DNA of 64,000 nt from Gammaproteobacteria bacterium (GTDB taxonomy: Bacteria; Pseudomonadota; Gammaproteobacteria; GCA-001735895). Below the pieces are notes generated by a model. The model made no database searches, had not been told where the DNA came from, and saw nothing but the letters and a program-made list of their open reading frames with translations. The stretch is taken from assembly GCA_050298595.1 (NCBI GenBank), contig JBNKUM010000085.1, positions 226,035 through 290,034 on the forward strand, in the 5' to 3' direction. Shown piece after piece: positions 49,701-58,575 of the stretch (positions are counted from its first letter, which is position 1; the number at the start of each line of letters is the position of its first letter). A program made the translations under genes and the position numbers.

Positions 49701-50505
49701 AGGGACTGTAAACATATCCCATTAAGGCCTCACGCCTCTGTTCAGGGGTATCTGCGACTTCTCCATTACGGTAAACCGGCAGATACATAAGAAAGCCCGC
49801 CTGAACATCTTTTTCTGTTTCCTGAAGCAGGGTCACCTTGCCACTCAGAGCGGGTAAACCGGTGTCCCTGGCCATCATCATGGCTTCTCTACGCGTGGCT
49901 TCGGAGAACATGTCATAACCAAAAGCCCGCTGGTTTCGCCAGTCAAAAGGCTCCAGGAAAATAATGGAGGTGTATTCCGGGCGTTCTCCATCGGGGCGGA
50001 TCTCATATTCGGGAAAACCCTCATCCCGAATTTGACGGATATGAGTACTCTTTTCTGCAGCAAGAATTCTTCTGGAAAAGCCAAGCCCTTGAACACCTTG
50101 ATAGTGTTTATCAATCTGCAGTGCGGTTACATAGGTCCGCCATTTAGCCCGAGTCACTTCCTCGGAGCCTGCGAAAAGACCTGCGCCGCTTTGCAGCAGA
50201 AATGCACAGGTATGCAGACGGTCGCGAAGGGCCATTTCAATTGTCTGACTGCGAAAAACAAAATGCTCATTGGCGCTTTGCATCACGGCACTCCTGGCGA
50301 TATACCAGGAGAAAAAAGTGACCACCAGAGACGCCAACAGGACTATCCAGGCTATAGCTTTACCCTGAAAAATGGATGGCAGCGGTGAAGTATCCTCGTC
50401 AGACGTTTGGGCAGCAGAGAAAGCGGGCTGCGAAGCAGTCGATTCCTGGATATCCTGGTTTTTCATATTATGCTCATTCTTATCCATGATGATCACGTCC
50501 GGCAC
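46795..50505 (-). CDS. CHASE + multi-PAS diguanylate cyclase
   Basis: CHASE (NQRAFGYDM, SGKVTLLQE), five PAS-like repeats, DIDYFK.VND and RYGGEEI; GC-rich compared with its neighbours. Confidence 0.92.
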   Translation of the reverse strand: MPDVIIMDKNEHNMKNQDIQESTASQPAFSAAQTSDEDTSPLPSIFQGKAIAWIVLLASLVVTFFSWYIARSAVMQSANEHFVFRSQTIEMALRDRLHTCAFLLQSGAGLFAGSEEVTRAKWRTYVTALQIDKHYQGVQGLGFSRRILAAEKSTHIRQIRDEGFPEYEIRPDGERPEYTSIIFLEPFDWRNQRAFGYDMFSEATRREAMMMARDTGLPALSGKVTLLQETEKDVQAGFLMYLPVYRNGEVADTPEQRREALMGYVYSPFRMNDLMQGLLIDKREYVDLQIFDGGEPLQEALLYPSGDMESNLSHPGHAHFATYQSILEYAGRRWLLVFKSSPYFEETIDAGKVNSILLLGTAISLLLFYVLLPLTRSRNQALSLANMTEDLEKANFGLKREIEERKQAAQDLEEAELRFKAVFNATIDGILVADAQTRKFVMGNSAICDMLGYQLEELSCLGIEDIHPAAAFPEVLQQVERQAKGEIHLAPDLPVQRKDGSVFYADVNTTTMVLAGRPILVGVFHDVTERKQIEEKIRQLNDELEDRVQARTQQLEESQALLSTVFDSVKDGIVLMDTETRQFCMSNASLQRMLNYTPDEILGLGVEDILPREEMDNINRQIEQNIKGEISYVPDTPVKRKDGSIFYADINGRVMMVKKTSFLLAVFTDITERKQAEQELREGEENFRQLFEGSRDALMVARPPSWHFTEVNQAALKLFGATSKADFTALGPWDISPERQPDGRSSKEKAQELGMITLREGSLLFEWELRRLNGETFTASVMGTRMGPKGQTFLQATIRDISKEKQTELELLESEKKYRQLFESSRDALMVLKSPSWRFTDVNQATLQMFGATSKADFTALGPWDISTERQPDGSSSAEAAQKLIATAMREGYSFFEWEHQRLNGEPFPSDVFLTRIETGQASVLATVRDITERKQAEEQQRQALLYARSLIEADMDPLVTINMEGRIMDVNEAAIQMTGVQRELLIGSDFSIYFTEPDRALAGYQEAFAKGSVRDYPLTMKHASGALTKVLYNASVYRNEKGEMAGVLAVARDISERLRAELAEEEARRDGLTELYNHRTFHALLKDEIFRTQRFQHQLSLLMLDIDYFKQVNDTYGHQAGDTILKGISELLVKQARSIDRVCRYGGEEITLILPETVATLAMKIAERLRASVELQSFDIGDGKTIKISVSIGVATFPQQANSLQALVKAADLALYAAKQGGRNRVCRYETEMEV

Positions 50506-50821
50506 AATAGCCAGTATAGTTTCTCAGGGGAATAAGTGTGAACAGTTCCTGTTTCTACAGACAGTCTTTGGCTGCACGGATGGTCAGGGTACTATCCTCG
50601 GCCATGGCTTCAACACGGTTAATGCTAACTCTCCCATACACTTTCCCTGATCACTAAAGAACCTTTGGTTATTCAGACAGAGTTTGCGGAATGCATAGGA
50701 GCATGAAAATACAAAGCAACTGTAATGGTTTACGAAACAGTGGGTCACCCTCTAATACGAGCGGTCAAATGCGGAATCCAGGTTCAATGTAATAAACCGA
50801 CTGTTTCTAACAAGCATTTTC

Positions 50822-50986
50822 TGTCTCTATCTAGCTACAGTGTTAAACGCCCACACCTAACCATTAATCAAAAAGTTTTCAATTTAACTGTCTCAGATTT
50901 GCGACAGTTAAATCTATCAAAAACAAATCATAGAATTATAAGTAATTGATTTAACGAACAAATTATGAATTGGATCAAGAAGTGCT
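50822..50986 (+). promoter_or_regulatory. Candidate sigma-54 promoter with two TGT-N12-ACA enhancer-like sites
   Basis: Sites at 50822-50839 and 50889-50906; TGGatcaagaagtGC (GG-N10-GC) at 50971-50985. Confidence 0.5.
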
Positions 50987-51056
50987 CTATCCGTACTGTT
51001 GGAAGGATTCACAATCCTGTCCATTTGTTTAATCACACACTTTTAGGAGAATATTT

Positions 51057-51287
51057 ATGTTTAAAAAATTAACCCTTGCAGCACTAGTACTTATTTTTTC
51101 AGGCGCGACAGTTGCTGCTGAACAAGATCTGTATACAAAAATTGACACCGATCAAGATGGTACCATTAATAAAGAAGAGGCCTCTCCATATCCTATTTTG
51201 ACGGATAAGTGGAGTGAGCTGGATGCAAATTCCGATGGAGTGCTAGACCAGGCTGAATTTGCTAAATTCGAAACTATTACCGAATAG
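51057..51287 (+). CDS. Small secreted EF-hand protein
   Basis: Signal peptide; loops DTDQDGTINKEE and DANSDGVLDQAE. Confidence 0.88.
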   Translation: MFKKLTLAALVLIFSGATVAAEQDLYTKIDTDQDGTINKEEASPYPILTDKWSELDANSDGVLDQAEFAKFETITE

Positions 51288-51711
51288 CGATCCCTCTGGG
51301 GTCTTTGGTAATTTCTTAAACCGGTATTCAACCTGGAATCCGCAGTTGTACGAGCTGTAGTGCGTTTGCGGTGGTGTAGATCAAGGCGTGACGACGCACA
51401 ATAGCGGGCTATTCCAGGGAGTTACAAGGCTTCCGCGTCCTGCTCACACCCCTTACCTATGTCCTTATTGGCAAAGTAGAGAAACACCGACTCAAACGTG
51501 CAATTCAGCTCGTAGCGGAATTCACCTGCCAGGTTTTCAGCATGGATGCTGTTTCATTATGGAAAGTTTTTCAGATATTAGCGGTCAACTGCAAAATCTA
51601 GGTTTAAAATTCACCATCCTTCACAATTCTCCCGAAAAAGAGCGATTACCGGCATGTTAACTTTACACGGTATGCCTCTTTCTATCGTTCTATATAAGCT
51701 GTACCGGACGC

Positions 51712-52458
51712 ATGCACAACAGACATCAAATGATCATCCTGGCACTTTGCTCATTCACCGCAATCCCCCTTCCCCTGGCAGCGGACGATTCAGTCGTTCA
51801 GGGCATCACCTGGGAACATGGCGTGGACGCAGGCATCAACGGCTCTACCGGAAATTCGGACAGCCGTTGCGTACATCTGGGCTATACCGCCTCTCGCAAG
51901 GATGACCAGGATGGTTGGAAATTCACCAGCAACTACGACAAGGCGCAGACCAACAATATCGAATCCAGGAATCAGTTCTTTGCCGATCTGAAGAAGGATT
52001 GGTACCGGAATGGCACCCCCTGGTTCGCGTTCATACAGGGCCGTTACAACTGGGACAAATACAAAGAGTGGGACTACCGACTCTCGACTACCGCAGGTAC
52101 AGGTTACGAGTTCATTAAAAACAACACCTGGGATCTTTCCGGGCGCTTCGGTCTGGGCGGCAACAAGACCGAAGGAGGCACAAATGAAGAATTTACCTCA
52201 GAGGCACAGATTACCTGGGATTCATCCTGGACCATCTCCGAGAGAGAGGCCCTTGACTTCACCAGCACCTTCTATCACAACCTGGAAGAGAACAACGAGT
52301 ACCGCAATATCACCACTTTTAACTGGAAGATGAAGATGACCGAAACCGGCAAACTGGCCATGAAGATCGGTATCATCAGTGAGTACGACTCCCTGGCCGA
52401 TGACGGGACTGAAAAGAAAGAGTTCAAATACAATATCTCGCTGGCGTGGTGGTTTTGA
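51712..52458 (+). CDS. DUF481-like outer-membrane beta-barrel
   Basis: Signal peptide, GSTGNS and aromatic alternation, C-terminal AWWF. Confidence 0.8.
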   Translation: MHNRHQMIILALCSFTAIPLPLAADDSVVQGITWEHGVDAGINGSTGNSDSRCVHLGYTASRKDDQDGWKFTSNYDKAQTNNIESRNQFFADLKKDWYRNGTPWFAFIQGRYNWDKYKEWDYRLSTTAGTGYEFIKNNTWDLSGRFGLGGNKTEGGTNEEFTSEAQITWDSSWTISEREALDFTSTFYHNLEENNEYRNITTFNWKMKMTETGKLAMKIGIISEYDSLADDGTEKKEFKYNISLAWWF

Positions 52459-52651
52459 CCTATATTACCGCAGACCTTGCCAAAATATGGCGAGTGATGA
52501 AACCGAATGGTCAGTCGGTGATCATCGCTTGTTTGTACCCAGGGTCGATAGCGATAGCTCAGTCCCTACATGAATGACCGGTTTATTATTTGAGTTGCCA
52601 AGTAGGCAAATAAGGTGCAGATTCCGATTTTGACATCACAGGTTTACAGAC

Positions 52652-52684
52652 AAAAAATCGCCGCAGTCTAGCTGCGGCAAAAAA
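52652..52684 (-). terminator. Rho-independent terminator after nifS
   Basis: Minus strand: gccgcag-ctaga-ctgcggc followed by gatttttt. Confidence 0.7.
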
Positions 52685-52727
52685 TGAGGAAAACAAAATC
52701 GTTAGCTTGCTACCAGCAAGCCATTAT

Positions 52728-53939
52728 CTAGGCATAAGTCGGTGCAAACACCTTTTCGGGTTCTTCCACCGGACCATCACCATCCCAGTAGGGTGATAAC
52801 TTGCGTAACTGAGCTACAATCGGTGGCACTGCCTCAATCACCTTTTCTACTTCTTCCATGGTGTTGTAACGTGATAAAGAAAAGCGCGTTGAACCATGAG
52901 CTGCAGTGTAGGGAATATCCATCGCACGCATCACATGCGAGGGTTCCAGAGAACCAGAGGTACAGGCTGAACCACTGGATGCCGCTATGCCCATTTTATT
53001 CAACAGCAATAGAATGGCTTCACCTTCAATATATTCAAACGCAATATTGCAGGTATTGGGTAAGCGATTATTCGGATCACCAGTCACGAAACAATGCGAA
53101 ACCTGATCAAGGATGCCCTGCTCCAGACGATCACGCATCGACTTAACAAAGGTCTTTTCAAATTCCATTGACTCCTGCGCCATTTCACAGGCTTTACCCA
53201 GTGCAACTATAGAAGCAGCATTTTCAGTTCCGGCACGACGACCACGCTCCTGATGACCACCCCTGAGCAGAGGACGGAAACGCACACCACGTTTCAGGTA
53301 AAGCACACCTATACCTTTGGGCGCATGTAATTTATGCCCGGACAGTGACAGCATATCAATTTCTGAATTCTTAAGATCCATCGGTATCTTGCCCACTGCC
53401 TGTACCGCATCGGTATGAAACATAACTCCGGCAGATTTAGCCAGCTCTGACATTTCTTCAACCGGGAATAAGGTACCCGTTTCATTATTCGCCCACATCA
53501 CTGATACGATGGCGACATTGTCTGACAGTAGTTTCATGTACTCGTTAATATTCAGTCGACCTTTTTTATCAACCTTCAGGTAATGCACCTTATAGCCATC
53601 TTTTTCCAGGTATTCGCAAAGTGTTAGTATCGCAGGATGCTCAACCACAGTGGTAATAATTTCCTTACGCTCAGGCTGTGCTCTGAGTGCTGACAGGATA
53701 GCGGTTGAATCAGACTCGGTACCGCATGAGGTAAAGATAATCTCAGATTCATGCTCGGCACCCAACAGCTCCTGCACCTGTTGCCGGGCTTTTTTAATCG
53801 CTCGCCCCACTTTGTCCCCAAATTGATGCAAAGACGATGGATTACCGAACTGTTCGGTAAAATAAGGTAGCATTTCCTCAACTACCTGCGGGTCAACCAT
53901 AGTGGTTGCATTATTATCCAGATAGATACCTTCAGACAT
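52728..53939 (-). CDS. nifS: Cysteine desulfurase NifS
   Basis: YLDNNATT, SGHKLH and SSGSACTSGSLEPSHV motifs. Confidence 0.95.
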   Translation of the reverse strand: MSEGIYLDNNATTMVDPQVVEEMLPYFTEQFGNPSSLHQFGDKVGRAIKKARQQVQELLGAEHESEIIFTSCGTESDSTAILSALRAQPERKEIITTVVEHPAILTLCEYLEKDGYKVHYLKVDKKGRLNINEYMKLLSDNVAIVSVMWANNETGTLFPVEEMSELAKSAGVMFHTDAVQAVGKIPMDLKNSEIDMLSLSGHKLHAPKGIGVLYLKRGVRFRPLLRGGHQERGRRAGTENAASIVALGKACEMAQESMEFEKTFVKSMRDRLEQGILDQVSHCFVTGDPNNRLPNTCNIAFEYIEGEAILLLLNKMGIAASSGSACTSGSLEPSHVMRAMDIPYTAAHGSTRFSLSRYNTMEEVEKVIEAVPPIVAQLRKLSPYWDGDGPVEEPEKVFAPTYA

Positions 53940-53941
53940 GA

Positions 53942-54838
53942 TTAACTCCCAGCCTGTGCGCGACGCGCCAGTTCTTCTGCAGGCAATACCTGAATAAACT
54001 CATTCAAACCTTCAGCTAGATGCTGCTGTATGCCACCTAAGGTAGTCGCTGCCATCGAACAACCAGAACAGGCACCTGTCATATTCACATAGATGTATTT
54101 TCCATCCACCTCAACCAGCTCTACATCGCCATGATCACGTTGCAGGTTAGGACGAATCTCTTCCAGTAACTCTTCAATGCGCCTCATACGCTGAAGATTG
54201 GTCAGACCAGAACTTGGTTTTAGCTTTGCTTGCCCGATCGCAACGGCAGAGGGGTCAAACTTTTCACCAGACTCGGCCAGCACCATTTCGAGAATTTCTT
54301 CTATGCCTTCATGGCAGGAAGAACAACCACCACCCGCCTTGGTATAGTTGGTCACATCTTCAACGGTTTTCAGTCCATTAGCACGAATTGTATCTTCAAT
54401 CATCACAGCATCTATCGCAAAACACTTACAGATCAGTGCGCCTTCTTCATGATCATCGCTCCATACCTCACCACGATAGTTGGCAACCGCAGCCTGCAGC
54501 GCTTCACGACCCATTACCGAGCAATGCATTTTTTCTGGTGGCAGGCCATCCAGATAATCAGCGATATCCTGATTACTAACCTTCAGGGCTTCATCGATGG
54601 TCATGCCCTTGATGATCTCGGTTAAAGCAGAACTTGACGCAATCGCTGATCCACAACCAAAGGTTTGAAATCCTGCCTCCAGAATAATCTCTGTTTCAGG
54701 CTCTACCTTTAGCGTTAATCTAAGCGCATCACCACAGGATAAAGATCCTACATCACCGGTCCCATTTGCACCTTCAACATTTCCTGCATTACGCGGTGCA
54801 AAAAAATGTTCTTTAACTTTTTCAGAATAATCCCACAT
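53942..54838 (-). CDS. nifU: Fe-S scaffold NifU
   Basis: [34 protein letters not shown] and GACSGC motifs. Confidence 0.95.
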   Translation of the reverse strand: MWDYSEKVKEHFFAPRNAGNVEGANGTGDVGSLSCGDALRLTLKVEPETEIILEAGFQTFGCGSAIASSSALTEIIKGMTIDEALKVSNQDIADYLDGLPPEKMHCSVMGREALQAAVANYRGEVWSDDHEEGALICKCFAIDAVMIEDTIRANGLKTVEDVTNYTKAGGGCSSCHEGIEEILEMVLAESGEKFDPSAVAIGQAKLKPSSGLTNLQRMRRIEELLEEIRPNLQRDHGDVELVEVDGKYIYVNMTGACSGCSMAATTLGGIQQHLAEGLNEFIQVLPAEELARRAQAGS

Positions 54839-54851
54839 GTTTTTTCACCCC

Positions 54852-55175
54852 CTAACAGGAAAAAGATTTACCACAACCACAGCTTTTGGTTGCGTTTGGA
54901 TTTTCAAATTTGAATCCACTTCCTTCCATAGAATCGAGAAAATCAACGGTCACACCGTCGAGCATTGGAAAGCTTTCCGGATCGATAAAGACCTTGATCT
55001 CCCCCAGATCCAGTACCTTATCGTCACCATTAGGATTCGCTTCAAGCATCATTCCGTATTGCAGGCCGGAACAACCGCCATCGTTTACCGAAACGCGCAG
55101 ACCCTGCACAGGGGTTTCTGAATTCTTAATAAAGCGGCTTACTGCATTTTGTGCACTTTCTGTCAGTATCAACAT
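54852..55175 (-). CDS. iscA: nif-specific A-type Fe-S carrier (IscA-nif)
   Basis: GGCSGLQY and SCGCGKSF motifs; directly upstream of nifU. Confidence 0.9.
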   Translation of the reverse strand: MLILTESAQNAVSRFIKNSETPVQGLRVSVNDGGCSGLQYGMMLEANPNGDDKVLDLGEIKVFIDPESFPMLDGVTVDFLDSMEGSGFKFENPNATKSCGCGKSFSC

Positions 55176-55226
55176 AACTTATTGTCTCCATGGCAAGTGT
55201 TTTGCTAGATAGTTAATATCAGTTAC

Positions 55227-55242
55227 AGCAAAGGTTGTGCCA
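55227..55242 (-). promoter_or_regulatory. Sigma-54 promoter of iscA-nifUS
   Basis: TGGCAC-aacct-TTGCT, an exact consensus match. Confidence 0.9.
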
Positions 55243-55305
55243 TTTTGCAGCCAATGATCTTAGTGGCTGATTTTATTAGTTATTTTTGATTGTCGGATAG
55301 ACGCT

Positions 55306-55321
55306 TGTAGCTATTACGACA
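55306..55321. promoter_or_regulatory. NifA upstream activator sequence
   Basis: TGT-agctattacg-ACA. Confidence 0.8.
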
Positions 55322-55355
55322 ACTCAATCATTCATCAAAGCTTACGAATGTAGCA

Positions 55356-55619
55356 ATGGAGACAAAAATGAATTTAGATCAATTATCGAAAGGTGACCGG
55401 GTGTATGCAGCCTGTCATATTTTTAATGATGGTAGTATTCCTGATGTTGAAGAGGGCTTATTACTGGCAGAACCGGGTACGCGCGGCATGATTATTGAGA
55501 CCGGTCATCTGGAAGAATCCCCGGAACGTAAAATCTTCCTGGTGCGATTCGAGGATAAAGATTTAAACCTGGGTCCTGCGACTGGTTGTTGGCCTGAAGA
55601 GCTGTCTATCAGTCAGTAA
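55356..55619 (+). CDS. Second, short NifZ-family protein
   Basis: IFNDGS.P, LL..PGTRG, LVRFE and GCWPEEL motifs align with NifZ. Confidence 0.75.
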   Translation: METKMNLDQLSKGDRVYAACHIFNDGSIPDVEEGLLLAEPGTRGMIIETGHLEESPERKIFLVRFEDKDLNLGPATGCWPEELSISQ

Positions 55620-55816
55620 AGACTTATTTGATGTAGCCTGCAGAGATGCAGGCAATCATCACCATTAACATGCCTTTCTGTCAGGGAGTAGCCCTGTGTT
55701 CCAAACCGACCAGCTTCCTAATATAAAAAAATAATATAAGTTCGATGAGTTGGAGATAGTTACAGCGTATAATCCAGCGCCACAATCAAAATTTTATTTT
55801 CTCAGGGAATAGTACT

Positions 55817-56677
55817 TTGTCACAAATTGACCAGTTTGAAAGTGTTTTTCGATCCGCAGTCAAGGCGGTATTCGAATACAGCCAGATCGATATCCAGAAT
55901 GTTTTAGTAGTCACCGACCTTAATAAGGAAACCAGTCAGCCGTTGATGACTAACCTGAAGCTTTTTCTACAGCACCCAGTAGCAGAAGTTGAACGCGATT
56001 TTTTTATTATTACGGGTGATGAGTTTCAATCTACCAATGATCTGCTGGAATTACTCGGCCAATATAGCCCTGATCTGATTTGTACCTATAGAAACCTGCA
56101 TAGTAATGCCTGGCGTTACCCTCACTCGTTAGGGGAGCATCTGGATGTGATGCTACAGAAAACTGATATCCCGATTATGATATTACCGCATCCTGAAGCA
56201 GGCTATAAGGCAGAACATGCCTTAAAGAACACCACTGACGTCATGGTTGTTACCGATTTACAGGCGGTCAATGACCGATTAATTAATTACGCCGCAGCCT
56301 TCACCAAACCCGATGGCAATCTTTACCTGACCCATGTAGAAGACGAGCGGGTATTCGAACGCTATATGGATGCTATATCCAAGATCGATGTCATCGATAC
56401 CGAAGTCGCGCGCAAACGCCTGGCAGAACAGTTACTCAAAGAACCAGAAGATTACTTCAATTCCTGTGCCCAGTTACTGAAACAGCATTACCCTCAACTA
56501 AAGGTCAGCTCGCTAGTGCTATTTAGCCAACTGGTCGCCGAATATCGTCACCAGATTGAATCACGTAAACTCGACCTGCTGCTACTCAGTGCCAAAGATG
56601 AACGCCAGCATGCCATGCATAGCGTAGCTTATCCGCTGGCTGTTGAATTACGTCAAATACCTTTGCTTCTACTCTGA
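55817..56677 (+). CDS. Universal-stress-protein-like tandem-domain protein
   Basis: Two VVTDL-initiated repeats, LTHVE and C-terminal IPLLLL; upstream of a transporter. Confidence 0.6.
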   Translation: MSQIDQFESVFRSAVKAVFEYSQIDIQNVLVVTDLNKETSQPLMTNLKLFLQHPVAEVERDFFIITGDEFQSTNDLLELLGQYSPDLICTYRNLHSNAWRYPHSLGEHLDVMLQKTDIPIMILPHPEAGYKAEHALKNTTDVMVVTDLQAVNDRLINYAAAFTKPDGNLYLTHVEDERVFERYMDAISKIDVIDTEVARKRLAEQLLKEPEDYFNSCAQLLKQHYPQLKVSSLVLFSQLVAEYRHQIESRKLDLLLLSAKDERQHAMHSVAYPLAVELRQIPLLLL

Positions 56678-56686
56678 GATTACTCC

Positions 56687-58063
56687 ATGGAAAGTATGCA
56701 TCACTCTGTTCCGGCAGTTGTCACCTATTTATTCGCATTCCTTTTGGCCGGCATGATTATCACGCTGGCGATGGAAGAAAAGCTACATGCAAAAAAATCC
56801 ATCATTGTTGGCGTTTTTGCAATCAGTACTTTGCTGCTGGCATCCATTATTGGATTCATTCCATTCGGCGATGTGATTATCCCCGGCGGATTATCACTAC
56901 ACCTGCCTGTGTATATCGAAGCGGTTGACTGGGAAGTCATTGCCATTATTATCGGCTCCAGTCTGTTCGTCGATGTCACCTCACGCTCAGGATTGTTTAG
57001 CTGGATCGCAATCAAACTCACCAAAGCCTCCGCCGGGGATCCACTAAAACTGCTGTGGTATTACGGTGCCATGACTGTCGCTTTTTCTGCGGTTTTAAAT
57101 AATGTAACCGCCATGATTATTGTCGGCTCACTAACAGGGGTTTCGTTAAACAAACTGGGACGCAACAACCTGCTGTTAGGCTTTTTATTGATTGAAGGAT
57201 TGCTCACCAATATCGGAGGCCTGCTCACCCTGATCAGCTCAGTACCCAATATCATCATCGGCAATGCCGCCAACATCAGCTTCGTGAGTTTCTTTCTCAA
57301 GTCCAGTCCTTATGTACTGGTCGCCACCATCGCCACACTGACGCTGGGCGCAAAACTCTTCAAAATCCACTCCTTAAAATCCGCTAGCGAACGCCACAAC
57401 GCGGCCGAGCTAATCAAGAGCTTTGATGAAAATGACGGTATTCGTAGTCAGCAGTTTTTCTGGTTTTCATCCATTGTGCTGGTTGCCTTCATTCTTGCCA
57501 TCGCCACCACATCCATTACGCCGGTGATTCAGGATCTGGGGATGGGCTTTGTCGCGATGGCTTTTGCCGTCATCGTACTGATTCGTTTTAAACATGATGT
57601 AAGCGAGTTTTACCAGGCCATCGACTGGGATCTGATTCTGTTTTTCATGTCCCTGTTCGTCGTCATCAACGTGATGGAACATGCTCAGGTACTTAGCCTG
57701 ATCGGTGAAGGAGTAGCCTGGCTGATTGGCGATGGTAGCAGCGGTATAGGAACCGCAACCTTACTTCTGTCATCATCCCTGTTCAGTTCCGTCACCGACA
57801 ATATTCCACTGGCGGCCATGCTGGCAAAAATACTCGCTAACCTGAATATACCCGAACAATCCCCCTTATGGTGGTCAGTGGTATTCGGTGCCAATCTGGG
57901 CGGTAATATTACACCGATTGGTAGCGCCTCCACTCTGGTTGCCACCACTATCATCCACAAATACCATCTACAACTTTCCTTTGTTGGTTTCGTCAAAGCC
58001 GCACTGCCATTTGCGCTGATGCAGATTGTATTGGGTATGGTTTATGTGCTGGTATTTTTGTAA
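56687..58063 (+). CDS. ArsB/NhaD (SLC13-like) ion transporter
   Basis: LNNVT, NIGG, VPNIIIG, TDNIP and NLGGNITPIGSA motifs. Confidence 0.88.
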   Translation: MESMHHSVPAVVTYLFAFLLAGMIITLAMEEKLHAKKSIIVGVFAISTLLLASIIGFIPFGDVIIPGGLSLHLPVYIEAVDWEVIAIIIGSSLFVDVTSRSGLFSWIAIKLTKASAGDPLKLLWYYGAMTVAFSAVLNNVTAMIIVGSLTGVSLNKLGRNNLLLGFLLIEGLLTNIGGLLTLISSVPNIIIGNAANISFVSFFLKSSPYVLVATIATLTLGAKLFKIHSLKSASERHNAAELIKSFDENDGIRSQQFFWFSSIVLVAFILAIATTSITPVIQDLGMGFVAMAFAVIVLIRFKHDVSEFYQAIDWDLILFFMSLFVVINVMEHAQVLSLIGEGVAWLIGDGSSGIGTATLLLSSSLFSSVTDNIPLAAMLAKILANLNIPEQSPLWWSVVFGANLGGNITPIGSASTLVATTIIHKYHLQLSFVGFVKAALPFALMQIVLGMVYVLVFL

Positions 58064-58575
58064 TGTGGTCACTGCTAAAAAGAGCTATTTATTTGTTAAG
58101 TTACATCATTCGAATGCACCTGCTTCTTCCATTCCTTATAGACCGTATAAGCAGAGGCATAGATCAGCCTGGGTACACGGGTTTTAACATACCTGTCTGT
58201 ATCGCCGATCTGGGTATTACCTACTCTACTGAAATTTATTAATGTTTTTAAATCGAAACTCTACTGTCTTCTGCAATCACTGATAAAGCAGTTTTACTTG
58301 ACAGCAGATATACCGCCTAAATCTAAATTGGATGAGAAAAATTCTCAGGGCTAACAGGAAATATGTCGCAAGCTGAAATAAAAGCAATTATGCTAGGATT
58401 AGATATAAATGCCTGCTAAGCCGGATAGAAAATAATTATGTTCAACATTTTTTGAGAGTTATTCATCATCAACAAAATTTTATCCTTAAAACGCTATATC
58501 TTAAACGACAATACCATTCCAAAACAATATAGAGAACGGGTTATACAGGGTCAGATAGATTACGTTTTTGATACT

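Noticed and set aside
51388-51660. 90-aa ORF between the EF-hand and DUF481 genes
   Set aside because: No motifs or RBS; it overlaps hairpin-like debris.
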